Of a stretch of 64,000 nt of DNA, positions 1-14,820 are shown piece by piece. Within the stretch, counting starts at the first letter, position 1. Each line of letters begins with the position of its first letter. The translations under genes were made by a program, and so were the position numbers. The notes under the pieces are model-generated. The model was not told the origin of the DNA. It did not search any database and saw nothing but the letters and a program-made list of their open reading frames with translations. This stretch comes from Psilocybe cubensis (Eukaryota), in the NCBI GenBank assembly GCA_017499595.2, contig CM038998.1, positions 1,550,001 to 1,614,000 of the forward strand. The letters run 5' to 3'.

Positions 1-637
1 CAGCTTGGAAGACGCGTTGGAGCCACGGTGATTGGTACGACGTCCACTCCGGCAAAAGCAGAACTTGCGAAGCAGAATGGAGCCGATCACGTTATTTTAT
101 ATCCTGTAGAAGACACTGTGGCAAGGGTTTTGGAAATCACTAATGGCGAGGGTGTAGATGCCGTTTTCGATGGTGTTGGAAAAGACACGTATGTAATGGA
201 AAAAAATTCCCAGTTCCATTGTTTAGAAGGCTAATACATGTTTTCGTGTTCCAGGTTTGACAATAACTTTAAGTTGATCAAGCGCAAGGGTACCATAGTC
301 TCAGTTGGGAACGCTTCTGGTGCCGTCCCGCCGTTTTCAATCCCTAGGCTTGTCGAAAAAAATGTCAAACTATTGCGCCCAACGTGAGTTGTCATATTTG
401 CTCAGGATGGACAGGTACTGAAAACATGGCTAATGATTCAGAATGAGTAACTATGTTTACACCCCAGAAGAAGCCGAGCACTATGGCAAGATTCTTTTTG
501 ACTTGGTGGTGAAAGGGGACCTCAAGATCCAGATTTATAAAGAGTACCCCTTCACTGTAGAGGGAGTGAGGCAGGCACAAAGCGATCTCACCGCCGCTGG
601 AGGGAAGACCACCGGGAAGTTGCTGATCAAGGTGTAA
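1..637 (+). CDS. NADPH:quinone oxidoreductase / zeta-crystallin-like MDR protein, 3' part (5' end outside window; introns ~190-254, ~384-441)
   Basis: Spliced translation GATVIGTTSTPAKAELAKQNGADHVI..GEGVDAVFDGVGKDT|FDNNFKLIKRKGTIVSVGNASG..KTTGKLLIKV* matches QOR family motifs. Confidence 0.85.
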
Positions 638-1163
638 ATGTAAAGAAAGTCTCGATAGATGATCCAAGCTTCACACGCCGTGAATGTTTACAAAAAATGA
701 CCAAAGAGCTATAACAGAAACATAAATGTTCCAATCCGAAGCAAAAGAGGGAAAGACAAAATGCAACCAGCATTGTAAAATATGCGAGTGTGATATGGAA
801 GAGCAGATTGAAAAGGGACGACAAGTGACATTCAAGTCAAGTAATTGTCCCCTAACTTGGTGAATTACATAATAATGGACACTGCGTGGGCTCTGATTTA
901 GAAGTGCTTTTGTAGGCGTTCCAGCTTTGAACTCGCGTTTATCTTCTTAATCTCCTATATACCGCTACCATTCTCCAAATCGCTGGTCTACTTCGGGGAA
1001 GTATCTTTGTGCACATATTAGCCCTCTTTGTATATCGAGAAGTCCAAGCCAACAACCGATCTCCCGAGCACTACAACTACGTATGCCACTCATCAGGTCT
1101 TGTACAGGATCCTTTAAACGCTCATAACTATAATCCAGATATCAACAAGACGAAGATCTGGCT

Positions 1164-4100
1164 ATGGATAATCCGGATACCCCGAAAACCAGGCGTCCGT
1201 TGCCAACCCCCGGCGCACCAGCGTCGCAAAGGCCAAGCACTCCAATCTTGAGTCCTGCCCCGATTCCAACCTCCAGCTTCTATGGCACAAAGGCACCACC
1301 GCTTCCTTCGAGGCCTAAAAATCCAGGCTCGTCTCACACAGCATATGTACCACCAGCGCGTTACAATTCACCGTCATACGATGGTTCATCTGGGTATCGA
1401 GAGCCTGAGCTGGTGGAAGATGTTGCTGATGAAGATGACACGCTTCCGGATCTAATTCCTCAGTCAGATACAAACTGGGCCTCAGATATTCCTGAAGATA
1501 ACAGCGTCTGGCAAGCCCATAATTGGAGCTCATCATTAACAGATTGGGAAAATTCCAACACACCTTCAAATTGGGCTGAAAAGGTGCACACAACGGTCGG
1601 AACTACCGACTATTCCATGGATTATCTCAACTCGAGTAGGATCGATGACTTCACCATCGATGGTAGAAGTCATTTTGAAGAATTAAATTGGTGGAACCCA
1701 GAAGAGCGTGCCAAAAACAAGCGTCCAGGATTCGGTATACTTCCCCCTATTCTGGCAGAAGAACTTCATGACCCAAATCACTCCTTGTTCTCTGTTAACA
1801 TCACCACCCCGCAACACCCAGCAAATACGCATATTTCTTCTACTCCAACAAAAGATCAATCTTCTCCTGGTCCTTCTAACACTTCCTCTAGTCCCCCCCA
1901 TGCACATCATGCCACCAGCGATAATTCTCCTCCGCCATCGGAAGACGAAATTAGGATGTCAGTTCCTCACCCAAATGCGTACTATTGCCCCAAGGACAAT
2001 GGATGGGTCATCCTGAGCTGGAAATCGTCTTCTGTTCCACCTCCCCTTTCACGCACCTACATCAATAATTCAGGATCTCCTCTTCCCGATCAATCGCGTC
2101 GGAGACAAACCCAATCTTGTATAGAAGATTCTGACCAGCCTTTCGGTAAAACAAACAAGACACACCACTTTCATAAATATGAAAAGGCCGTCGACAGTCA
2201 CAAATTAACACCACCTTTCAGGCAAGATGAGTGGCAAATCCTCGAAAATCTCAAGCAGAGACGACGCGCTGGTACAATCATCACATCTGACACAGATATC
2301 AATACCGCAGAACCAGGTGAGCAGGAAGGAGAACTCGAGGACGAGGGACAACTCTTGGATCTCTATGTTTGCTGTCAGTGCTCTTTTTATTGCATAGCGT
2401 CGGGCGTGATTCCAGGAGTCATACCCCGTAAATATATCGATGAGCTCGTAAAGGAGAAAAAAGCACACCCAATGCTAAACAGAACTGGTGAAGCGACCGT
2501 TCTCTGTGCCCTTGAGACTTTTTTGACGTGAGTGTTTTTTTTGTTGAACCATGATTTCCTCCGCATCTAACGTTCTTCAGTGCCATTGAAAATAAACTAT
2601 GGAAAGGCAATAACCGTCAAATTAAGGTCATGAGTTCTGGATTCCAGGCAAAAGTGGGATGGAATCCAAATATGTAGGTCGCGTTATCTTCTTTATATAT
2701 TTACTACTTAATGTCTTGTAGTAAACGTATATTTGAATGCTTGGGCTTCGTGGAAGAAGCCATGGAGCGAGATAGCACGCTGAAACCCCCCGTAACGGAT
2801 ACAATCTCTGCTGTTGGAAAACAAAATCGCCGCAAGCTACTTCGTGCTTGGGTGGAGATAGGATCCTGGGTCGCAGACTACAAGAAACTTCAAGGCATGT
2901 TTTTTGTTTCTTCCTTGGCAATATGCTCACTTATTTGTGATCTAGCTTCTTATCTTAAGGATATTGTGAAAGAGTTCAAACTTTACGTCCAATTGGACAG
3001 CGCTAGGGAGATGTACCAAACTGCTATTGGGGCTCATCCTGATCAAAGTCAGTGAAGGGGGCCGGTCTCAATTCATTAGTACTAATGTTGACGTTATGGT
3101 TTCTATAGTCCCACGAGGCGGGTTGTCAGATACCTTACTTGAAGCAGTGAGGCCTTTAGAGGCCGCCTGGAGAGGCCTTGGCCTTACCGCGACGACTTTC
3201 TCCGCAGGTGGGCGTTATCTATTTCGTATCATTGGTTAACTAACGTCTCTTAGATATGTTGATATTCGCTTACCTGGCACAATGTCGATGCGATCCTGGT
3301 GGAACTTCAAAATATTTCAGCTATCTAACGGCTATTGTAAAGCAGCTTGAGGAATATGGAGGTTGTCCTGCGCAAGTGCAGGAACTCGTTGTGATGGAAC
3401 AGTCTCGCGAACGGTTTACGCTGGATGATGTAGCTAATGCTGCTACGACCCTTGGGTTCGGTTCTGAAAATGTATTGGGCGTGGAATACGACCAAGACGA
3501 TATCCCCGACGAGTTTGTGGAAAACGCTTGGAAGGATTGTGTAAAACGGTCGTGGCGTGATCATGAACATGGCTCAGAGACACAAAGGCATTCCAACGAG
3601 GCTTTGAGAATTCTGGCAGAATCAAGAGGAAGCATAACTCTCAGAAAGGCCTGGGAAGTTGGAAAAAACAAGTATATGAACCCCGATCGCGCTTACGATA
3701 CCCTGGAGATACCCAAAGACGTGGATGACCACATGTTAATCACGGTTTATAATATGAGGGTATGGTCCTACTAGAAGATATGAATAGGCAGTTGACATGC
3801 GTTGTTTTAGCTTGAAGAAACGCCAATGCAGCTGGAAAAAATGCGCGAGGCTATGTCAGTGATAGCAGAAGTTCGAGACAGTGAACGTCTAAGACAATTC
3901 ATTTCCTCTGGACTGGATCGTACGTCTTTCTATTGTGTTTTTAAATAGTGATGTTCATTTTCATTGTAGCTGGCGAGATTATCGCCCCAACTAGGTCAGA
4001 TTTACCCCGAGGGCTTAATCAATTGGGAAACACCTGCTATCTTAATTCATTGTTACAGGTACTCATTCATCTTTCTAGTCAAACTTCGTCATCTTAATCT

Positions 4101-6142
4101 TTTGTAGTATTTTTATACAATCAAAGACCTGCGGGAAGCTGTACTACCTATGTCAAAGCTGGACATCAAAGCTCTCGATGATGAGAAGTTGTCCGATGAA
4201 GATCTGAAACGTCATCGCGTAGGCGGAAGACTGGTAACAAGAAGGGAAATCATCCGTTCTAGGAAATGTATATCCTTCATATGTTGGCTATCTGTAACGG
4301 ATGCTAATTTGAATATTATAGTCATCAATCAACTTGCGGAGCTATTTTTCCATTTGGAATATAGCGAAAATCCAGCGGTTACTCCGACCATAGAACTTGC
4401 CAAGCTTGCCTTGATCACTTCAAGGGACGAGGAAGAGGACGAAATGGACAAGGGTGGAACAGACTCATCGAATGATACCGACGCTACATTGGTCGACGAT
4501 GGTCCTTTAAGGTCAAGTGCCCCTGAATATCCTCAAACTATACGTTCTCCAAGCTCCCCGAACTCCGTGCTGGGAAAAAGACCTCGAGACATGGAACGAC
4601 AAAACACTGCGATGGATGTCGACGTGCCTCTTATACAATCACCGAAAGACAAAGACGGATTTAATTTTTCCCCTTCCCAAAAAGATCCTAGTTCGTCTGG
4701 TTCTAATTCCTCGCGAGCAGAAGCGTCATCGTCCAAACTTCTAGCGAAAGGCACAGACGGTGACAGCAAGATGCTCTCTGTGCCAACCTCCCAGAAACCA
4801 GTTCCCCCTCCCAGAAAAAGAGTTGAGACCAATGACTCAACAATGATGTTCGGTGAGTTTATCTATCATAGACCGACTGATATTTAGCTAACTCTTCACC
4901 ATAAGGGAAACAACACGACGTTGCTGAGTGCATGGACAACTGCATGTTCCAGATTGAAACTGCTTTGTTGAGGTTCGATGACATGAATGATGATTCCGGA
5001 AAGACCAGTGTTGTCAAGAGGTTTATCCAAGCTTTCTAGTTTTTTTTGTCAGTACTGATACACTTTCAGCTTATTTTACGGAAAAATCCGCCAACGTCTG
5101 ACCGCAGCGGATGCTCAACAATCAAGGGCGTCAATCCATGAAAAGGAGGACCTTTTCTCCCACCTTCCGGTCAATGTGACCAACGATGGTGTTGATATTT
5201 ATGACGGACTGAGCGGCTATTTTGACGACATAGTTGACTTTGAAGGTCGAAAAGCGCGCATGGAAGTCACTCTTGTAGACTTGCCTCCAGTGCTTCAGAT
5301 CCAACTCCAGGTTTGTCATCTTTCCATTACAACTATGAGACCAATATATTGATAAAATTTGTTCCAGAGAGTCCAATTTAATCGTGAAACACTGCAGCCT
5401 TACAAATCGCAAGCGTATGTAAAGTTTGGAGAGAACCTCTACATGGATCGTTTTTTGGATAGTGCAAACCCAGATAAGAAGTCAAAGTCAAAGGCCATAC
5501 AGACAGAGTTGAATGCATGTAGAGAAAGAGTTCGCATTCTGGTTGAAGGAAAAGTGAGTTGATGTGGTAAATCACAAACGATAATTACTTATCTATCTCA
5601 TGCAGGATTTACCCTATGCTTCGTCCCTTGAGCATACACAGAAGTTCTTGTTCGGCTTACAAAGCACAGGGAGTATATCTGCAATTGAAGACGAAACATT
5701 GCAGCAATTGGAGGATGAAAAGAAACGAATCAATGATGATATTGATCGCCTTCGCGCTCGCATCGATGTGTTGAAAACCGAATTAGAAACCATCTGGGCA
5801 GATTGCAAACAGGCTGCGTACGAGCTTACATCTGTCTTCATTCATCGTGGCTCGTCACCATCTTGGGGACATTATTTTTTTTACTCTCGACATTTGCCTG
5901 GATCTCCCGACTCATGGTTTAAATACAACGATTCCGATGTAACGGTTGTTTCGAAAGATGAAGTTCTCTGTGATACGACGGGTTCCACTGCCAACCCATA
6001 TCTGGTATGTTGTATTCTCTACACACTATGGCCCGGAGGCTACTGTACTGATTGATTACTCTAGCTCGTGTTTGCTCGCAAAGACTCCAACGTAGTTGAT
6101 ACCGTAAAACGGTTCGATCCATCGATGCTCGATTCGTCGTAA
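1164..6142 (+). CDS. UBP2: Ubiquitin carboxyl-terminal hydrolase (USP/C19), Ubp2-like, multi-exon
   Basis: Cys box PRGLNQLGNTCYLNSLLQ (~4010-4058), QHDVAECMDN (~4910), His box IHRGSSPSWGHYF..WFKYND (~5840-5935); stop TAA 6140-6142. Confidence 0.85.
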
Positions 6143-6717
6143 TGATACTGTTGTTTTATTTCTCAGAATCTTGCATTTTTGTATAGTAGGCCAAGTTACT
6201 ATTGACTGGTTGATATGACAGTGTATTCAATGGCATAATTAGATTAACTTATCATCGGACCATACATTTATACGATGTATTACTAGCTGATCATCATTCG
6301 TACTTCGTTTTGGTTTGTTTTGAAAAAAAAAAATACGGGGATGCTATACCGTCAGGACTCACAGCCTCATTCTTTGGCTTCTCTTCGCGTCGGTTCGTTA
6401 AATTTGAATTGTAGAAGTTAGTTTAATCGTACGGAGTAGGTTAATTTGCAAGTGAAAGTGGAACAAGGTAGATGATGGACCCTCTACGATATGGCAATGT
6501 CCATGTGTAGGTGTACAATCGATGCAGAGTAGTGTAAATACTGAAAAATTGCAATACGGGTGTACAATAATGAAATATAGGATGGTGAATGCGTGATAGT
6601 GGTACCTGCTGAGCGAAAACAAATGATTGAGAAAAACGAACAAGTGGGTTTAACGCCCTCTTCAGCTTTGAATGTCAAATTTATATATACTGTTCAACAG
6701 ACCTACCGAAGGCAGTT

Positions 6718-7089
6718 TTAAGTAGGTCTTTCTACTGCTGTGCTGGGAAGAGGTGCAGAATGCTGTTCTTCAGTTGGAGTGGCGCCCGTCACACCATCGT
6801 CAGATGGACCCGTAACACACTCTGAGGCACCTAGACCAGAAAGAAGCTCGTCCAGCTTTTGCAGAACGCTATCAACCTTGCTCTCCATGTCTTCAGCCAT
6901 ATTCTCTGCATTTGCTAGACGCTGGAGTAGTTCAGTGACATCCTCGCTGCCTAGTAAATTAGAATTCTCGTCCATGAGTGCATTCAGCTCTGCTTCAACC
7001 TCTGCTATCTCTTTTTCTGTTTCAGCAATGGCTATGCGATCGGCCGACGTTTGTACATGGTTTGAAGTTGTGTTTGGGCGTAAGGACAT
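6718..7089 (-). CDS. Small hypothetical coiled-coil protein (~123 aa, single exon)
   Basis: ATG at 7089 (MSLRPNTT), acidic heptad-like segment EKEIAEVEAELNALM..AENMAEDMESKVDSVLQKLDELL; divergent from THOC1. Confidence 0.6.
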   Translation of the reverse strand: MSLRPNTTSNHVQTSADRIAIAETEKEIAEVEAELNALMDENSNLLGSEDVTELLQRLANAENMAEDMESKVDSVLQKLDELLSGLGASECVTGPSDDGVTGATPTEEQHSAPLPSTAVERPT

Positions 7090-7120
7090 GATATATGTAG
7101 TGATCGGCCAAAGCAAGTGG

Positions 7121-7140
7121 TGTTGTTGTTGTTGTTATTG
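7121..7140. repeat. (TGT)n microsatellite in the 82-bp divergent intergenic spacer
   Basis: tgttgttgttgttgttattg. Confidence 0.75.
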
Positions 7141-7171
7141 TCGATTGTTCCTATTTGAAATTCCGCCAATT

Positions 7172-9732
7172 ATGGCTTCCCTCCAACCACATCTGACGAG
7201 CCTCTTGAAGTCTCTACCGCCTTCACCTGCCGACAAGGAAGCTCTTGACAAACTCGTAGAACACACTTTACTCGAAACCAAAAACAAATCCTCGCCAGAA
7301 AACAAAAAAAGTCAATGGGAGTATTTGTTAAAGAATGACATATTCTTGTTGGCTGTACGTCAATTCTTTGGGCTCAGCTCCGCTGCGTCCAAAAGCTTAG
7401 TGAGCTCTCATACAGGCCAGCGAAGGGACCGCTTTGAAAAGCGACGAACAGAAGTACTACACTCAGTTGTGCGAGAAACTCGATGTCATTTTAACATTTA
7501 CAGAGCAAGGTACGAGGATACTACAGTTCCTTCGGCGGTCAGACACTCACTTTTGCACTACAAAAGATGCCTGCGAACCATCTTTTCCTTTGATTGTGCT
7601 TCAAGACCTACTTGAAACACAGACCATTGCATCCTGCTCCCATATTTTCTCATGGATAGAGTCGCGCGCTGACAGATTGACCGAGGGTATGATACCGCAA
7701 AAGGGCAAGGCTCTTATTTTGTTGCGTACTCTGAATGATCTCTTGCGACGACTATCGAAGATGGGGACGACCACGATATTCTGCGGTCGGATCCTGACTT
7801 TCCTAAGCGGCGTATTCCCTCTAGGAGAGCGAAGTGGCGTCAACCTCCGAGGAGAATATGGACCGACATGGGAAGGCGTTCTGTTCACGGATAAGGCAAA
7901 GCCTGATAATTCTAGTGCAGATGTCAGAGCCGAAGAAAATAAAGTGAATGGACCCACACAAGAAAACATAAAGGATAGTGAGAAAATGGAGGTGGACGAA
8001 AAGAAAGCGCTTCCGGTCCAAACCCCCGCAGAAAAGAAAGAAGGTACGTGAATCACCTTTCTTGTGGCCTAATATAAATGCCTTATATTACTAGATTTCT
8101 ACAATACATTTTGGTCACTCCAGCTGCCATTCTCAAAACCTTCCCTTTTTGCGCAGAAGACAACTTTTGAAGAATTCAAGGAAGCAGTTGGCAAAGTTAT
8201 GCCGGTAATTAAGGAAGCAACTGCGAAAGAAAGAGCAATGATGGGTAGTAGAAGTGGCGTCGGTAACTTGGGTACCCTCAAGAGGAAACGAGATTCTGAA
8301 GAAGAAACCAACTCAAACGAATACTTCTTCGCTAAATTCTTGACAAACCCAGATTTACTTGACCTAGAGGTAAGCTCTCCAAACGAAGGTAACTATTTGA
8401 TGTCAATGGTTTGCTTTGAAGATCGCAGATACACACTTCCGTCGACAATTCTTATTCCAACTTGCGACATTGTTGAACCATCTTCTTAACTTCACCAAAA
8501 CCGCAAAAGCCGCTTGGTACACCGTACGCAACCGGTCACTGCAAATGGATTTCACCCTTGAAGACTTGGAAGTACAGTGGGTTCAAGATACTTTGACGAA
8601 AATAACAGAAGAACTGCGACAAACGACACCAAATGGTAGAACATTCGCCGATACCGTTAACGTCATATTGGAGAGAGAACGAAATTGGGTGAAATGGAAA
8701 AACGAATTATGCACGCCTTTCGATCGAGAGCCTTGGTCGCAAGATATTAACGGTGAGAAGGTCGACTTTTTTGAGGCTACAAAAGGCGATAGAGAACAGC
8801 TGCGCAAACCGCCTTCAGAATGGCAATGGAAAATGGGGACCGAGGCATTGACTGAGATTTGGGATATGGGGTACACCAACTTGGAAGATTTGAAGATGCC
8901 TTTCCAGTATGTCATTTACTTACTCTATCAAATAATATTATGAAATTTCTTGATATTTAGGCCTGGCGACGTCAAGGACTTCGTTAAAAAAATCAAACAA
9001 GAAGATGCGCGTATATCATTGCGAAACCAAAGGTTGGAGAAAATGGCTGCCTTAGCCAAAAGTAGAGCCGCCTCCGCTGCCAATCAAGCTAAAAGCGCTA
9101 CGCCAAATCCACCTCCGACAATTGTTGTCTCAGCGGAGTCCTCTACACCCGTCAAGTCAGAAACTGCCACAACTCGCGCCGAGCCGGCTCCCGGAACCCT
9201 TGCTGCACCGCGACCTATATCAGCCGTAAGTAATTCACCAATACACCCGTCTCTCCCTCCAAAACCTGGATCGCCATCGAAACTCGCATCTTCATCGCAA
9301 GAACCTGTCAAGATTGTTAATTCTTCCCCTAATGTTGGTCCCGCACCACTTCCTGTGTCTACCCCAGTACCTGCGGCTTCGCCGGCCCCTACACCGGTAC
9401 CTGTCCCAACTGATCCAGAGATTACAAAATACGAAGATGTTAGTTCTCGATTTAGAGCTATAACCTTGCTTTCACTGACTGTCATCCAGAACAAGCAACG
9501 ATGGGCATGGCTTGCGCTTCGTGCGGCCCGCGACCAGTATTTGCAACACTTCGGAAGGATTGGAACCGGAGACATCGAAGCTTTGGCCCAAGAAATCGAG
9601 AAAGAAAAAGATAAACCGCAAAGGATGGAAGATGTAGCTAGCTCAACAATAGGGGAGGAACAGGGGTCTGGAAGTCCTTCATTTGGGCAGCTCCAAAGAG
9701 ACACTGAGGGAGATGTGAAGATGGAAGGATAG
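7172..9732 (+). CDS. THOC1: THO complex subunit 1 (Hpr1/THOC1), multi-exon
   Basis: [93 protein letters not shown] are THOC1 signatures. Confidence 0.9.
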
Positions 9733-9810
9733 AGTCAGTAAATATATCTACTATAATTTTATTGATATTGGATGTACATCAAGTGTGAACCTGAAGCGTG
9801 ATCGGCTAGA

Positions 9811-9820
9811 ATATATAAAA
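9811..9820 (+). promoter_or_regulatory. Candidate TATA box for GAL10
   Basis: atatataaaa ~105 nt upstream of ATG 9925. Confidence 0.4.
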
Positions 9821-9924
9821 GCTATGTAAGTAGTGCACCAAGCATTTGATCCGATCTTCTTCAAACTATTTCTCTAAGTAGTCTGTTCACAATCTCCCCT
9901 GTCGTCAAACCCGCTTTTGCAGCC

Positions 9925-11396
<1,472 letters not shown>

Positions 11397-12312
11397 TTTA
11401 TTGACAGGCAGAACGAACACTATTGGTACGCGCGTTAAGAATGGGCCCAGTCGCATAGATTTTCATAATATTGTTGTCACTCAAACTAAACGTCGAATTA
11501 TTTTGTTTATATACATCCTATCACGACTTGTTTCACCCTAGGAACGCCCAGTATTTCTTCCATTGGGTTTGTCTGAATCTGTAATGTCGTGTCTTCATCA
11601 CTTACCGTCGGTACGTCCTGTTATTTGACCTCTGGGAATTTCTCGCCTTATTGATGAATCGTGTTTGTGAAGGGCCCTAGATCTGGAAAGTTGGTGCCGA
11701 ATGATTCAGTTGAAAACACGCGTGTGCTCACATGCCTCTCACAGTTATCCGATCCATGTCGGATTCTCTTGACAGTGACTTCCCAACCCATCTTATCACT
11801 GGCTTTACTCTCTCTCTCTCTCTAGGGCAGGCAGACGGGCATTCCATCCCATTTTCATTGGAACACCAGTCTTGTTACCATAAAACCCTATATCCTGCGA
11901 CACGATCCGAACGAGGGTTCTGATTTCATTGACCTATCCTTCAACCCTGTCTGGTTTATCGAAGGACGGTGATCTCGTACCTCCTAGTGAATTGCCTTTA
12001 TCTCTCATGGACTCAATTTCTAAAAGTTTTAATAGTTGCATGGCCCCATATGATGTTATCTTCCCATGCCATGACAGAGACGTGTTGGAGTCGCGATTTT
12101 TCTTGAGAACATAACATGTGAAGGTTTATTTTAATGTGCTGTCTGAAATGAATCGCTGCGAACGATATTTGCTCAGGAGGAAAAATACAGGGATCCTACA
12201 GGGACGTCACATTCTAATTGGTTCTTATCATCCAGCCACGGGCCTCCCAACCGATGGGCTTGCTATTTAAACGGGCCTCTTGGCTTTCAGTTTTACAACA
12301 TCTTCACTCATA

Positions 12313-14777
12313 ATGGCTATCGGGATTTTAGGTACTCCAAAAAAGTGCATAACCTTTTTGCTACAGTTCTCTGACTGGTTGTCTCTCAATAGAAGACAAG
12401 CATCTTCAAATTGTTCCCGGAACAGCACTTTTATCAGACTTGGGCATTGTCCATGGCCACCAGGTGTGTAGCTTATGGCTTTTTTCTTACGAATTTATGG
12501 ACAGGTAAGTAGGTCAAGGTAAGCGAAGGTGCTCATTTGAAGCGAGGCACGGGCAAGAATAGCCACATCATTCTTGTCCCCCAACCGTCAGATGACCCTA
12601 ATGACCCGTTTGTGTCTTCGTTGCCAATTTATGGCCCAAATGCTTACGGTGTTCATGCCAGGTTAAACTGGCCAAGGTGGAGAAAAGAAGCCTGCTTTTG
12701 GACATTGTAAGATTTCCAAAGTTAGGTTGGGGTATTGTTGTAGTCTGATATTGGTTTTCAGAGCTTTTGCGGCCTCTCTTGATGGCGCATTGTCACCGAT
12801 GGTGGGACCGGGATACGTTCTGCTTTCAAACCAGTTTGGAGTTAGTGTGGATGAAGTGGCCTCTTCCTTCGGGTCCATCCTACTTGGACTAGGGTGTTTC
12901 ATGTAAGCATGAATTGTACTTGAAACAATGCTACTATCAAACATATTCTTGACTGTAGGCTTTTCCAAAACACCTTGGCCGCTAAGTATGGCCACCGTAT
13001 AGTCTATCTTACATCTGTGACGGTGGTTTGTCTCGTTCAGCTGTACACCAGATCCTTCTTCGTTGATCTAAGAATAGATGTTTATCGCTTGCATATGGAC
13101 GGCAGTCAGCCCCAACATCGCTTCTATCAAAGCGTCTCGGGTGTTCCAAGGATTTGGAATGTCTGCTTTACAAAGGTGCGTAATAGTGCTCTAACCTTAC
13201 CAGTTGGTCACCAATATTCAATTCTCTATAGCCTCGTTGCATCGACAATCGAGCAAATCTATTTGTGCGTCCGCTTAAGTCAAGAATCCAAACACAATAA
13301 TTTATGGGCTATACAGTGTTCACGAGCGAGGAAGTCGGACCGTTGTATGGAGTTTTGCCATCTTGTCTGGTATCACGCTGTGTGTAGATCACTTATTTCC
13401 GTGAAATCGATTATGACAGAAATCTTTTCCCAGTGGTCCTCTTCTGTACAGTTATGTTATTCAGAACCTATCGTGGCAGATGGGGTTCTGGTTTGTGACT
13501 ATCCCATTGGGAATGTCCATTTTTCTCGTCTTTTTTTTGGTCCCGGAGGTTAGTCTCCGTTCTTGTGAACCGCACAACGACGTATCTCAAAGTTTTGAAG
13601 ACTACATATGGACGTGAGAGAAAAATAATATCAGTATCGGAGAAGGATCCAGAAAAACACAGCATTGAAGAAGCTAAGTCCTCTGTGGATGAAGCTGGAG
13701 TGTCTCCCCGCCATAACTTCGTTTCTGAATTAAAGATCTGGAATGGCACTTTCAGCAATGTCAGCATTTTCAAGTTATTCTTCAGACCTTTCCCTTTCCT
13801 GTTATCCCCTGTGGTCAGTTCATTTTTTTCAAATTGCTTTATTTCTACAAGGCTCAATGACCACTAAGACATGGTTTATCTTTGTTTCTCATGGCATGCA
13901 AACTGTGTGGCTCAGTAAGTCATACTATATCCTTTTGCAATTTATACTAATTGTTTATGGGCAGGCCTTATGCCAATATGCTCTTCAACGATTTTCACAA
14001 TCGAGTATAACTTCAATGCTACTCAAATTGTAAGACACTTTGGAAACAAGACTTAAACATATATTTACATATCTGAAGGGCTTGACGAACCTCGGTGGCA
14101 TAGTTGGAATAGTGCTGGCAACGTGTATAACTGGCCCCCTGACCGACTGGGGAACGGTCTGGCTTTCTAGGCGCAATAAAGGAGTTTATGAACCTGAGTT
14201 CCGCATATTGTTTATGGTCACAATGTTATTTGGTGTATTCGGTTATGCTGGATGGGCAGGTGAGTCCATCATTGCTGTTGCGAACATTCCTCTGATATGA
14301 AGTATGACCAGTCGGAACGACACAGAATATGCCCTGGATTGGCGCAGTAGCGTGCATTGCGTGCGTCTTCTCAGCAGACATGTTGCTTTCTATCATTTGT
14401 TTACTTTTTTCCAGCATGGCAAATTTCAGCATGACAATATCTGGATCTGCGGCGGTGACCTATCTTCTGGATACCCATAAAGAAAATGCACTCCACATTC
14501 TGGCTATGAGTAATTTCGCAAAGAATATGGTCCTTTACGGATTCACATTTTTTGCGAATGGCATGATAGCCAGAAGGGGTGTCAAAGTTTCTCTCCTGAT
14601 TTTAGCCGCTTGTCAAGCGACCTGCTGGCTCTCCTCAATTCCCATGTATATCTACGGCAAGCGAGTCAGATCATTCGTGTGTTGATTCGACATCTTTCGT
14701 TGCATGCTGGCTGATAGTTTGTGCAGATCGCCCGCCATCCTGAAATTTTCATCATTGCTGCAGAAAAAGAAAACTAG
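12313..14777 (+). CDS. MFS transporter (Hol1/DHA1-like), many short exons
   Basis: ILVPQPSDDPNDP|LNWPRWRK, FVHERG, FLVPE|TTY, RRNKGVYEPEFR, MYIYGKRVR; hydrophobic helices; stop TAG 14775-14777. Confidence 0.85.
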
Positions 14778-14820
14778 TGCTTCTGTATATCATTTATCGT
14801 ATAGCGATATGAGTATGAAT

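Noticed and set aside
6699-6729. 8-bp inverted repeat (agacctac/gtaggtct) spanning a stop codon
   Set aside because: Short enough to occur by chance in 64 kb
6740-7171. Long upstream extension of THOC1 with a CCCCC run
   Set aside because: Antisense to the small coiled-coil gene; the Cys run is the (TGT)n microsatellite
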